Positions 16,980 through 26,713 of a stretch of DNA of 64,000 bases are shown here, piece after piece (position 1 is the stretch's first letter; every line of letters starts with the position of its first letter). Where the stretch lies: positions 2,272,001-2,336,000 of the forward strand of contig OZ219754.1 of the NCBI GenBank assembly GCA_964291295.2, written 5' to 3'. The DNA comes from an uncultured Candidatus Binatia bacterium. Lineage in GTDB: Bacteria; Desulfobacterota; Binatia; UBA9968; JAJDTQ01. The translations under genes were made by a program, and so were the position numbers. The notes under the pieces were generated by a model. It saw only the letters and a program-made list of their open reading frames with translations, searched no databases and was not told the DNA's origin.

Positions 16980-19855
16980 ACTCCTGCCACGGGCATGAAG
17001 ACGTAGACGCCGATGGTGTCGATGGGCAGGGCCGGGACGACGTTGTAGCGCAGGCCCCGGGTAACGCTGGCCTCGCGGATGCGGCGGTGGTCGGCGAGCA
17101 ACCGCGCCGCCCGCTCCCGGGCCACGCGCTCGAAAACCTCTTCCAGGCCCGGCAATGCGGCGAGAGCCGCCTGAACGAGATGGGTCTTCTGGCCGCCGGC
17201 CATGTTGCGCGCCGGTTCGAGGGAGAGAAGCGAAAGCGCGTCGTCGTCGGTCAGAAGCTCGGCCGCGTCGCCGCCCCGGACGGCGATCCCGAGACACTCC
17301 TCGGCCAGCAGGGACTTGAACGGCGCGTAGCGGCCCTCCGCGTCCCGCCGCTCCACCAGGAGCTGGCTGCGCAGCCTCAGCAGGTAGAGCACGGTGCGCG
17401 CGGTGACGCCGCTCGTGAACATGGCGCCGGTGCGAGCGCCGACCGCCGCATTGCCGGCGTCGAGGGCCTGTTCGGCAACGAAGTCCGCAAGCGCGGCCAC
17501 CAGCGGATGGGTGCGGTGGATATAGGCCGCTCCGGCGGGTGCGGGTTGACGGAACGCCAGCTTCGCCGAGGCGGTGAAGCCGATGGCCTCAAGGCGCTCC
17601 TGAAGCGGTTTGGGCAGGTGCGCCGCCGGCAGCCGGCACCAGCCGTCCCGTGCGTCGAGCGGTGCCCCGAGCCGTTCGGCCGCCAGGTACACGAAGCGGG
17701 CGACGTCGTCCGGTCCCCCCAGGACGGAAACGGCCTTGCGCCATTCGGGCAGCACGTCGTCCGGCCTCAGACGCTGCTGGGCGAAGACCGTCCGTGTCAT
17801 CCTGCTGGCAGCCGTCCGCCAGGCGTCGTCGACCTGGGCTTCGGTGTCTCCCAGACCGAGTTCCGTCTGGACGTTCGGGGAAAGGGGGCCGCCGTGCAGC
17901 AGGACGGCCTTCATGATGGCGTCCACCACCTTGTGGTTGTCCTCGGGCAAGGGCACGGAAACGCCGAGTTCCTTGCGGATCTTTTCGGCCTTGCGGAGGA
18001 TGACGCGCAGCACCGCGCCGTCCACGGGATTGTCCTCGCCGTAGAGCATCAGTGCGCGAACGATCGGAGAGGATTGTCCGAAGCGGTCCGCACGGCCTTC
18101 GCGCTGCTCGTGGCGGGTGGGATTCCAGGTAAGGTCGTAGTGCACCACCGCATTGAAATGGCGCTGGAGATTGACGCCTTCGGACAGGCAGTCGGTGGCC
18201 ACGAGCACCGGCGCGACATTCCCGTCAAGGTCGGCAAGAGCCTCCACGCGTTCTTCGCGCTGATCGGAGGTGAGCTCCCCGGTGACCACGGTGAGGTGCG
18301 CCTTCGCTCCCGTCAGGGCGTCGCTCAATGCTTCGCCTACGTAGTGCGCGGTGGCGATGTAGCGGCAGAACACCACCGGGCGGAAGCCGTCCCGCAGGAG
18401 TTTCCTGACCTCGTTGACAAGGGTGTCGAGCTTGGGGTCCTTGCCGGGGCCGCGCAGCGCCTCCGCGCGGTCGATGAGTTCGCGCAGCGCCGCGGTGTCC
18501 TCCACCTCGTCAACGGTGCCGGCAGGAATGCTCTCGTCAAGGGTGAGGGAGTCGTCGGCGGTTTCGTCCATCACCGTCTCGACCGCCGTATGCTCCAGAT
18601 TGGCAAGCTGCTCCTCGGCGCTCTCGCCCGTGGCGGCCTCAAGGCGGGTCCGAAGCGCAAGCGCCGCGGCCGCCGGGCTTGAGGAGACGCAGCGCAGAAG
18701 CGCCAGCGCCGCCCACCAGGACATGCGCTGTTGGAGTTTCGAGCCGCTTTCGGCACGCCGCACCATGGTTCGCGCGTAGGCGAGCACGTCGTTGACGATT
18801 CGGCCCCAGTCGCCGGTGAGCCGGTAGGTGGCCTCCCGGCTCTCCCGAGCGGGGAAGCCGGCCTGGTCCTTCCATTCGGCGATGTCGCCGCGGCGGCGCT
18901 GCACGAAATGCAGCGCGAGTTCTTCGCGCAGGCGCCGGCGTTGGCCGCCTTCGGGGGTGTGGGCCAGTCCGGCGAACTTCGGCTCCAGCAGGCCCAGCAG
19001 ATTGTGGAAGGCGGTGTCATCGCCCGAGTGCGGCGTGGCGGTAAGGAACACCATGTTTCGCCGGGGCTCGCTCTCGGCGAGACCCTTGAGCAGCTGGTAG
19101 CGCTGGTGGCGGGTATTCGTGTTCGACTGCACGCAGGCGTGGGCCTCGTCGACGATGACGAACTCCGGGCAGGCGCGCAGGAAGTCGCCGCGGCGCCGGT
19201 CCGACTTGATGTAGTCGAGGGACACCACCGTGAAGGGGTAGACCTCGAACACCGATTCGCCGGGCGGCAACCCGCGTTCGAGTCGGGCGGCCGTGCCGGT
19301 GCGTACGACTTCGGCATCAATGCTGAACTTCTCCGCGAGTTCCCGTTGCCACTGTTCGCACAGATGCGGCGGACAGATGACGGCGAACCGTTCGATCTCG
19401 CCGCGGTCCAGCAGTTCCCGCGCAATGAGGCCCGCCTCGATGGTCTTGCCGATGCCGACGTCGTCGGCCACCAGCAGCCGGACGGTGTCCAGTTTGAGGG
19501 CCATGAGCAGGGGTGCCAGTTGCCAGGTGCGCGGTTCGACATTGAGATTGCCGAAGCTCCGGAAGGGTCCGGCCCCGGAGCGGAGCTTGAGACGCAGCGC
19601 GTCGCGCAGCAGCAGGGCCGCCTCCCGGGAACCCGGCGTGTCGGGGTCGGGGAGATCGAAGGTCGCGGGTACCGGCGCCTCGGGCTCAAGCGGGAGCCAG
19701 ATGAGGGTGGCATCGTCCTCCGCACCGCCCAGTGGCCGCAGCTTCAGGAGATTCTCGCGCGTCTCCGGCAGCACCACCCATTCCCGACCACGCGCCCGGA
19801 CCAGATTCCCGGGTCTGAACTCCACCGGAGTCGGTGCCGCCAACCGTTGCATCAT
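16976..19855 (-). CDS. SNF2-family helicase (DISARM DrmD-like)
   Basis: FRPGNLVRARGREWVV, LVADDVGIGKTIEAG, VDEAH, LTATPHSG, SEGVNLQ, WNPTRHEQREGRADR; ATGA overlap with the upstream helicase stop. Confidence 0.92.
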   Translation of the reverse strand: MMQRLAAPTPVEFRPGNLVRARGREWVVLPETRENLLKLRPLGGAEDDATLIWLPLEPEAPVPATFDLPDPDTPGSREAALLLRDALRLKLRSGAGPFRSFGNLNVEPRTWQLAPLLMALKLDTVRLLVADDVGIGKTIEAGLIARELLDRGEIERFAVICPPHLCEQWQRELAEKFSIDAEVVRTGTAARLERGLPPGESVFEVYPFTVVSLDYIKSDRRRGDFLRACPEFVIVDEAHACVQSNTNTRHQRYQLLKGLAESEPRRNMVFLTATPHSGDDTAFHNLLGLLEPKFAGLAHTPEGGQRRRLREELALHFVQRRRGDIAEWKDQAGFPARESREATYRLTGDWGRIVNDVLAYARTMVRRAESGSKLQQRMSWWAALALLRCVSSSPAAAALALRTRLEAATGESAEEQLANLEHTAVETVMDETADDSLTLDESIPAGTVDEVEDTAALRELIDRAEALRGPGKDPKLDTLVNEVRKLLRDGFRPVVFCRYIATAHYVGEALSDALTGAKAHLTVVTGELTSDQREERVEALADLDGNVAPVLVATDCLSEGVNLQRHFNAVVHYDLTWNPTRHEQREGRADRFGQSSPIVRALMLYGEDNPVDGAVLRVILRKAEKIRKELGVSVPLPEDNHKVVDAIMKAVLLHGGPLSPNVQTELGLGDTEAQVDDAWRTAASRMTRTVFAQQRLRPDDVLPEWRKAVSVLGGPDDVARFVYLAAERLGAPLDARDGWCRLPAAHLPKPLQERLEAIGFTASAKLAFRQPAPAGAAYIHRTHPLVAALADFVAEQALDAGNAAVGARTGAMFTSGVTARTVLYLLRLRSQLLVERRDAEGRYAPFKSLLAEECLGIAVRGGDAAELLTDDDALSLLSLEPARNMAGGQKTHLVQAALAALPGLEEVFERVARERAARLLADHRRIREASVTRGLRYNVVPALPIDTIGVYVFMPVAGV

Positions 19856-22800
19856 GGCCGCTCGCTCCTTGACGATGCGCCGGGTCCGAACACCCAGGTG
19901 TATCTGGCCGCAATGCACGGCCAGGACCACCGGTCCGCCGGAAAGCGGACCACGGTATAGCCGGCATCGGCGAGGCGTTGGTCGATGGCCTCGTCGGCGC
20001 TTTCCCGCACCCGTGTCTGATGGTGCGGGCCGTCAATGTAGACCAGGGTCTGCGAAGCCGTGTAGACGAAATCGGGGCGGGTTGCATGGAGTTTCAGATT
20101 GATCTGAGCCCGGTCGGGCAGGCGGTAACCATTGGACTTGATGAACTTGAGCCACTCCTTCTCCAGGGAAGACGATGAAGCGTTCGTCAGTTCATCGTAG
20201 CTGTTGCCGTCGGTGATCCCGTACGCCAGAGCCTTTGCCGAACTGTGAATGAGCCGGCATAGCAGGCTCCGCATCTCGTCGTCCCGCCGGTCGACAAGCG
20301 GATGGTCCGGTTGGTTGTAGTAGCTCAACAGGCAGCGGTAGCATCCCGCCTCGCACTCGTCGTCGAGATTCTCAAGGTCGCCGGACCCGGACCAGTCGCC
20401 GGACTTCGATCTGTAGTGGCAGACTTCCAGCGCCCGGCGAGCGATGCGCGCAAGGGTCCCGGGGGCGTTGGCCAGACGCGTGAGCACGCCGGCGCCGCCT
20501 TCGGCGGCCTCGTAAAACAGAATCGTGGTGCGGTGGTTCCGGTCGGGCAGCGGCTCGGCGGCAAGCTCGGCCTCTTCCAGTTGAAACTCCTGCTCGATGC
20601 CGCGCTTGATGGCGTATTGCAGCGAGACTCGGGCGGTTTCGGAGAGGTGGGCGGGCGGACGAAGCATCAGAACATTGCGCGTGTCTGCCACGAACGGTGT
20701 GACGCGCTCGACTGTCTTGCCCTCGCTCACGCTGTCGTCTTCGGCATCGTCAGGGGCCTGCGAATCCTTGGTCCACTCGCCGGTATGGGGATTGACGCTG
20801 AAGCCGTAGATGGACTTTACCTTGCGCCGGCGCCAGCCGAGATTGATGCGCCAGAGCCAGGCGGCGGGGCCATAGTGCAATTCCAGCAGGGTGTCGCCGC
20901 CTTCCACGACGGCGATGCCCTGGACCCGCGCGCGACCCCCCTCTTCACTGAAGCGGAGGGTCGTGATCATCTCGTAACCTTGGCGCTGGCGCTCCTCTTC
21001 ATCCGAGGTGATGCGGTTCGCCCGCCGTGTGGACACCTGCTCGATACGGTAGAGGTTCAGGATCGAGCGCCCACCGTCGAGGCGTTGACCGCAGTTGACG
21101 CAGCGCTCGTACTCCCTCTGGTCCCCGAAGTGTCCATAGCCGCACGCCGGACAGATGCGGGCGGCCTGTACCGGAAGACGGGCCGATACCGTTACCCTGG
21201 ACGTGTCGCGCAGGGAGAGAATGGCTCGGCGCACGCGATAGGTGCTGCCCTCGTGGTAGATGATGGACTGGGGGCCGAACTCGCTGAGTCCAAGAAATCG
21301 CGGCCGGCTCAGGAACGAATCCCGGCCCACCTTCTCGCGCCGGCCGGGAACGAACGCCATCAGCGGCAGGCGCGGGAAGTTGTAGCCCGGCAGGAATCCC
21401 TGCGCGGCGAGATAGCGGTAGGTGTAGAAGTCGGAGTTCATCGTCGCCCGGTGGCCGAGCAGCAGGTTCTGCTGCGTGAACGCTTCGTCGAGCCGTGCCT
21501 TGGCCTCGCCGCGCTCCCCCTCGGCGGCGGCGGCATTGTTGATGACATCGTTGGCCAACTTCATCTGACTCGCCGTCGCGCGGAACAGCGAGCGCCAGCG
21601 CTCGAACGCTTCGTCGAAGCGGCGAGCGGCGGAGTTCATCACGGCGTCGCACCAGGTGTCCGTGTACCAGGGCGCGGCCTGGCCCCCGAGATCGGTGGCG
21701 AGCGTTGCGAGAACGCCGTGGGCGCGCCGCTGCACGTTGTCCACGACCCGGGAGGCGCCGATCTGGTCCGCCACCTCGGCGTGGAGCGGCAACGTATCGG
21801 ACTTCTCCCGATCGAGCACATCGGGCACCGATGAGCCGAGTTGCACGCCGGTCTCCCCGAGCCAGACCGCCTGCAGATGGCTGCGGATCAGGTCTTCGTT
21901 GGCCAGGTCGATGTTCGGTGGATTGACCGCGCCGGCCACCATGCGTTTCGGATCGGAAAAGAAATACTGGTCGTGCGGCGACCGCGCCGCGCAGTAGGTG
22001 ACCACCAGGGCGGGCTGGCCGCTCCGTCCCGCCCGTCCGCTGCGCTGGGCGTAGTTGGCAGGTGTCGGCGGCACGTTGCGCATGTAGACCGCGTTCAGCA
22101 TGGAGATGTCGACGCCGAGCTCCATGGTTGGCGAACAGAACAGGATGGGCAGTCCCGCCGGTTCGACCGTGCCGTCGACGACGCGTTCGCCCGCCAGCCC
22201 CTTGCGGAATCGCGCCTCGCGCTTCTCGCGGGTGTCCGCATCCACCTGCGCCGTGTGTTCCCGCGCCTCAAGCTGGTGCAGAAGACGGTCGCCGCCGTCG
22301 AGCATTCCCGACACATTCCGGTAGAGGTCGCGGAAAAACCCGTTCGGCTCTTGCGGTTTGCTGCCGGCGTCGTCCGCCAGGCGCCATTCGAGGACCGAAC
22401 TGTCGATGCGGTAGCCGGTGCGCGCGCCGTCAAGGTCCGTCGGCTCGACATGGCCGTAGGTCGTCAGCACCCCGAGGATGTCGTCCATCACGTGGTTGTA
22501 GACATCCTCGTCGAACCTGGACGGCCAATGGGGGTTGCGCTGGCCCCAGAACGGCCGGGACCGCACCCTGTGGCCGAATGCGGAGCGGTACGAGATGTGC
22601 AGAGCCCGGTAGTCCCGCCGGCGTCCCGGGCCGCCGGGCCGGGGAACCATGAAGGCGTGCGAGAACAGGCGCTCGTCTTCCGACAGGCCCCAGGGTTCCC
22701 TGAGCTCGTTGAAACTCCGGTTGCGCACCTGTTCCTGGAAGTTGGGGTCGAGGTAGATGGTCTTGATGCAGAGCCCCCGGCGCATTTGCTCCAGGAGTTC

Positions 22801-25164
22801 GCAGATGATCTCGAAGCGGCGGTCCGGCGTGATGGAGCCGAGCAGAGGATGCCGCGCACGCCATTCCTCCTCGTCCCCGCAGCACTCCCGGAGTCCCCTG
22901 TAACCGATCTTCAGGAGGTTCAACTGTTCGAGATTGGGATTGTTGATGCGCCAGCCGCGTTGCAGGTCAAAGTACATCCGGTAGCCGAGCACGTCGCGCA
23001 GCGCCTTGCGCGTGCTCTCCTTCTTGATGCCCTTGGCCTTGGGATTGGCGGCGTAGTCCTCGGGGGCGAGGTGCAGGTGCGCAAGCACGCTCCGGGTCAG
23101 GGTATCGTCGGTGAGCAGGCCGCCCTCGTCGGCCCGAATGGCCGCCAGCAACGCGCCCCGCAGCATCAGAATCTGCACGAAATCGTTGAAATGGCCGGCC
23201 TGCAGGCTCGCGTCCTGACGGTTGTCGGTAAAGGCGAGAAGTTTCTTGGTCCGTTCGTCGAGATCGGTGTGGATGAGGTGCTTGAGCGAGGACAGCGCGA
23301 GCATGGTGGTGGCGGAACTGCGGCCTTCGCTCGACAGCCCGGAGACTTTGGAGAAATCGCTCCGCTTGCCGCTTTCGTACCAGGCGTTGCACTCCGGGTG
23401 CAGGCAGAAACGGAACGATCCGGGAATGAACCAGGCGGGCAAGCCGCCGGCGGCCGCGCTGCCGGTGGTGTCCACCTGCACGGCGACGGGACGGTAGCGG
23501 CGATAATGTGACTTGAGGCGTGGTTCGTCTCCGCGGTATTCCAGCCACTCTTCCGGGTATCGGGTTTTCACATCCGCGGAATCGAACAGCCCCGACGGAT
23601 CGGGCATGAGATAGCCGAACTGGATCTCCTCGTCCTCGCTGGCGCGTTCGGACAGGTCGCGGGGGTCGAACCCCTGAGGTGTCCTGCCCGCCAACTTCGC
23701 CCACACGGGATGGTATTCCTGCCCGCAGGCTCGGCAGAAGCAGAGCGGATAGAGGCGGCGTTCGCGGTCGCCCGGCTTGAACTGCTGTCCGTTCAGGGTG
23801 ACATGGCGCTCGCCCTTTGCCTCCAGCGTCGAGTAGACGTTCCAGGATCCGCTGATGAACTGATGCAGGCGGAACGCAAAGAAGCTCTGGCCCCGCTCGT
23901 TCCGGCTCGCGTGGGCGGCCAGCAGGAACCTGGCAAGATAGTGGCCGCAGAGGTCGGCGTCGAGACCGCACTCGTTGGCCAGCGCCTGCGAGGCTTCGCG
24001 TATCGTCAGGGGCTGCGAAGTGCGTTCCAGCCTGCCGTCGCGCTCTTCCAGCCCCAGATTGTGCTCTACCCAGGCAGCGACGGGGTGTCCGGACAACGCG
24101 TCATGTGTCATGGGTGGACTGTCCGGCACGCCTTTTTCGATGGCGGCGCGAAGGTCGGCGCCGGCGGGGCCTGCCTCGGACCGGGTTACGCGTTGCAGTG
24201 TTTCGGAAACAACGTTGCCGGGATCCACCGTGTCACCGAACAGGCGGCTTGCGATGCGCGCCACCGCCATGTTCCGGCCTTCCTGCGACCCTTCCGGGGC
24301 CATGGTCGCGGAAGTGCCGATGCAGAGAAGCTGCTGGTTGAAGCGTTCCCGCACCCGGCGGACCAGCATGGCGACATCGGCGCCCTGCCGACCGCGGTAG
24401 GTGTGCAGTTCGTCCAGTACCAGGAACCGGAGTCCGGCGGCGTGTTCACGGATCGCCTTGTCGGTCTCCTGGAACCGCGTCATGACCAGTTCGAGCATGA
24501 CGTAGTTGGTCAGCAGAATGTCCGGAGGGTTGCTGGCGATGCGCTCGCGTTCCTCGTTCGATTCCTGTCCGGTGTAGCGGGCGAAGGTGACGGGCTCGCC
24601 GGCCTCGCCGTAACCGAACTGGAGATATTTCTTCAATTCCTCGCACTGACTGTTGCACAGCGCATTCATCGGGTAGACGACGACGGCGGTGATGCCCTTG
24701 CCGGCGTCGCCCGCGCGTTTGCGCCGCAGCACATCGTCAACGATCGGAATGAAGTAGGCGAGGGACTTGCCGGAACCGGTGCCGGTGGTCAGCACGTAGC
24801 TCTTCCCGCGCTTGGCGATGGCGATGGCGTCGGTCTGGTGCCGGTGCAGCCGGAGGCGCTCGCCAAAGGTGTCGCCGGCGTGCTTGAGCCGGAAGACTTT
24901 CGCGCATTCCCTGTCCAGGGTGCCGTCGGCCACGAGCTCGTCGACCCACTTGCCCGGCTTGAAGTTCGGATTCAACTGGATGAGCGGGGCCGGCCAGAAA
25001 CGGCTCTCCTTATCGGCCGCATCCACCGCGTCGGAGATGTCCTCGGCCCGGATGTGGGTGAAGCTGCGGGAAAACCGGCTGTACTCGGCGACGAGTTCGT
25101 TGCGAAATGCGAAAACGTCCATCAGTTGCCGCGATTGCCGAGATGAAACAGGGCGGTCGGACAT
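19852..25164 (-). CDS. YprA/DEAD-DEAH-like helicase with DUF1998 Zn domain and C-terminal Vsr/DUF559-like nuclease
   Basis: TGTGSGKS, YPMNAL, LDELHTYRGRQG, PTMELGVDI, YAQRSGRAGR, CEAGCYRCLLSYYNQ (DUF1998), C-terminal RPDFVY....VYIDGPHH...GYTVVRF. Confidence 0.92.
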   Translation of the reverse strand: MSDRPVSSRQSRQLMDVFAFRNELVAEYSRFSRSFTHIRAEDISDAVDAADKESRFWPAPLIQLNPNFKPGKWVDELVADGTLDRECAKVFRLKHAGDTFGERLRLHRHQTDAIAIAKRGKSYVLTTGTGSGKSLAYFIPIVDDVLRRKRAGDAGKGITAVVVYPMNALCNSQCEELKKYLQFGYGEAGEPVTFARYTGQESNEERERIASNPPDILLTNYVMLELVMTRFQETDKAIREHAAGLRFLVLDELHTYRGRQGADVAMLVRRVRERFNQQLLCIGTSATMAPEGSQEGRNMAVARIASRLFGDTVDPGNVVSETLQRVTRSEAGPAGADLRAAIEKGVPDSPPMTHDALSGHPVAAWVEHNLGLEERDGRLERTSQPLTIREASQALANECGLDADLCGHYLARFLLAAHASRNERGQSFFAFRLHQFISGSWNVYSTLEAKGERHVTLNGQQFKPGDRERRLYPLCFCRACGQEYHPVWAKLAGRTPQGFDPRDLSERASEDEEIQFGYLMPDPSGLFDSADVKTRYPEEWLEYRGDEPRLKSHYRRYRPVAVQVDTTGSAAAGGLPAWFIPGSFRFCLHPECNAWYESGKRSDFSKVSGLSSEGRSSATTMLALSSLKHLIHTDLDERTKKLLAFTDNRQDASLQAGHFNDFVQILMLRGALLAAIRADEGGLLTDDTLTRSVLAHLHLAPEDYAANPKAKGIKKESTRKALRDVLGYRMYFDLQRGWRINNPNLEQLNLLKIGYRGLRECCGDEEEWRARHPLLGSITPDRRFEIICELLEQMRRGLCIKTIYLDPNFQEQVRNRSFNELREPWGLSEDERLFSHAFMVPRPGGPGRRRDYRALHISYRSAFGHRVRSRPFWGQRNPHWPSRFDEDVYNHVMDDILGVLTTYGHVEPTDLDGARTGYRIDSSVLEWRLADDAGSKPQEPNGFFRDLYRNVSGMLDGGDRLLHQLEAREHTAQVDADTREKREARFRKGLAGERVVDGTVEPAGLPILFCSPTMELGVDISMLNAVYMRNVPPTPANYAQRSGRAGRSGQPALVVTYCAARSPHDQYFFSDPKRMVAGAVNPPNIDLANEDLIRSHLQAVWLGETGVQLGSSVPDVLDREKSDTLPLHAEVADQIGASRVVDNVQRRAHGVLATLATDLGGQAAPWYTDTWCDAVMNSAARRFDEAFERWRSLFRATASQMKLANDVINNAAAAEGERGEAKARLDEAFTQQNLLLGHRATMNSDFYTYRYLAAQGFLPGYNFPRLPLMAFVPGRREKVGRDSFLSRPRFLGLSEFGPQSIIYHEGSTYRVRRAILSLRDTSRVTVSARLPVQAARICPACGYGHFGDQREYERCVNCGQRLDGGRSILNLYRIEQVSTRRANRITSDEEERQRQGYEMITTLRFSEEGGRARVQGIAVVEGGDTLLELHYGPAAWLWRINLGWRRRKVKSIYGFSVNPHTGEWTKDSQAPDDAEDDSVSEGKTVERVTPFVADTRNVLMLRPPAHLSETARVSLQYAIKRGIEQEFQLEEAELAAEPLPDRNHRTTILFYEAAEGGAGVLTRLANAPGTLARIARRALEVCHYRSKSGDWSGSGDLENLDDECEAGCYRCLLSYYNQPDHPLVDRRDDEMRSLLCRLIHSSAKALAYGITDGNSYDELTNASSSSLEKEWLKFIKSNGYRLPDRAQINLKLHATRPDFVYTASQTLVYIDGPHHQTRVRESADEAIDQRLADAGYTVVRFPADRWSWPCIAARYTWVFGPGASSRSERP

Positions 25165-25514
25165 GGCGGCGAGGCCTCCGGCAGGGCCTCGGCATGATCC
25201 ACGATGCGATGGGAAAGTGCGCGCATGTTCATGTTTCCAACGCAGGGTGTCAGAAATCTGACGGCCCGATCATGGTAGTACAGAAAAGCAATCCGGGCTT
25301 CAAGCGCAGTTCTGGCCGCGGGATCGGGATGAGCGAGGTGATGACTTGCAGGGTAGTTGGTTCGGGAGAGTTCCGAGCGTGGGTCCACGAGATGAGGGTG
25401 GTGCTTCGCGCGGGACCGCACGGCGCCGCAGGACCGGTCGCCGCCGTCGCTGGACCCTGGGCCGCCCTTTGTCTATATTGACCGGCTCATCACACACATC
25501 CCAGGAGGCATTCC

Positions 25515-26711
25515 ATGGCTGGAAACGGAAAAGAGAAGTGGCAGGAGCCCACGGGCGAGATGCAGAAGGCGGGTTACGGGAAGTTCCTTCGTCCCAACAC
25601 CGCCTACGATACCTTCATGGAAGAGCAGGGGATCCCCGTCTACCGGGACATCGGGGTGGAGAAGGTCCAGAATCTGCCCATGAAGCCGTGGAAGCGGGTG
25701 GGGGGAAACGCCAGCTTCATCCAGCTCCTGGGGACCGAGGGGTTGTGGGGTTCCTATGTCGTGGAGGTTCCCGGTGCCGGTGCCCTGAACGCCGAGAAGC
25801 ATCTGTACGAGGAGCAGTTCTTCGTGGTGGAGGGCCGCGGCACCACGGAAGTGTGGGCCGAGGGCAGCGACCGGAAGCATACCTTCGAGTGGCAGCAGGG
25901 TTCGCTGTTCGCGATTCCGATGAATGCCACCCACCGCATCGTCAACGCCACCTCCAGCCCGGCGTTGCTGCTGGCGGGCACCACGGCGCCCAACATCATG
26001 AATCTTTTCAACAACACCGATTTCATCTTCAACTGTCCGTACGTCTTCAGCGACCGCTACAAGGAGAGCGAGGACTACTACCGGCCCAATGAGGAGATCG
26101 AGCCCGATCCGGTGCGCGGACTGGCCATGCGTCAGACCAACATCATCCCGGACATCGTCACCTGCGAGTTGCCGCTGGACAATCGCCGCTCCCCCGGCTA
26201 CCGCCGCATCGAACCGCACATGGTGGGCAACAGCTTCTACCTCTGGATCGGCCAGCACGAGACCGGCCGGTATTCCAAGGCGCACGCCCACGGCTCGGCC
26301 GCGGTGCTGATCTGCGTCAAGGGCAAGGGCTACACCTACACGTGGCCCTCCACCCTGGGGCCCACCCCGTGGAAGGATGGCAAGGCCGAAGGGGTGAGGC
26401 GGCAGGACTACGAGCCGGTGGGCATGGTGAGCGCGGCTCCCATGGGGGGCAACTGGTTCCACGCCCACTTCGGCGTCAGCGCGGAGCCGCTGCGCCTGTC
26501 GGCGTGGTTTGGCCCCAACGCGCCCGGCCGTGAGCGCGGGCGCCCGGGCGAGAAGGCCATCGACTACGGCGCCATCGAGATCAAGGACGGCGGCACCGCC
26601 ATCGCCTATCGGGACGAAGATCCGTTCCTGCGCAAGGAGTTCGAGGAGACCCTGGCCAAGGTGGGGATGAAGTCCAAGATGCCCACCGAGATATACCAGC
26701 CGGAAGCCTGA
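25515..26711 (+). CDS. Bicupin-domain protein
   Basis: EKHLYEE.FFVVEGRG.TEVW...FAIPMNATH and YSKAHAHG...KGKGYT...WFHAHF cupin motifs; ggagg RBS. Confidence 0.8.
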   Translation: MAGNGKEKWQEPTGEMQKAGYGKFLRPNTAYDTFMEEQGIPVYRDIGVEKVQNLPMKPWKRVGGNASFIQLLGTEGLWGSYVVEVPGAGALNAEKHLYEEQFFVVEGRGTTEVWAEGSDRKHTFEWQQGSLFAIPMNATHRIVNATSSPALLLAGTTAPNIMNLFNNTDFIFNCPYVFSDRYKESEDYYRPNEEIEPDPVRGLAMRQTNIIPDIVTCELPLDNRRSPGYRRIEPHMVGNSFYLWIGQHETGRYSKAHAHGSAAVLICVKGKGYTYTWPSTLGPTPWKDGKAEGVRRQDYEPVGMVSAAPMGGNWFHAHFGVSAEPLRLSAWFGPNAPGRERGRPGEKAIDYGAIEIKDGGTAIAYRDEDPFLRKEFEETLAKVGMKSKMPTEIYQPEA

Positions 26712-26713
26712 TC

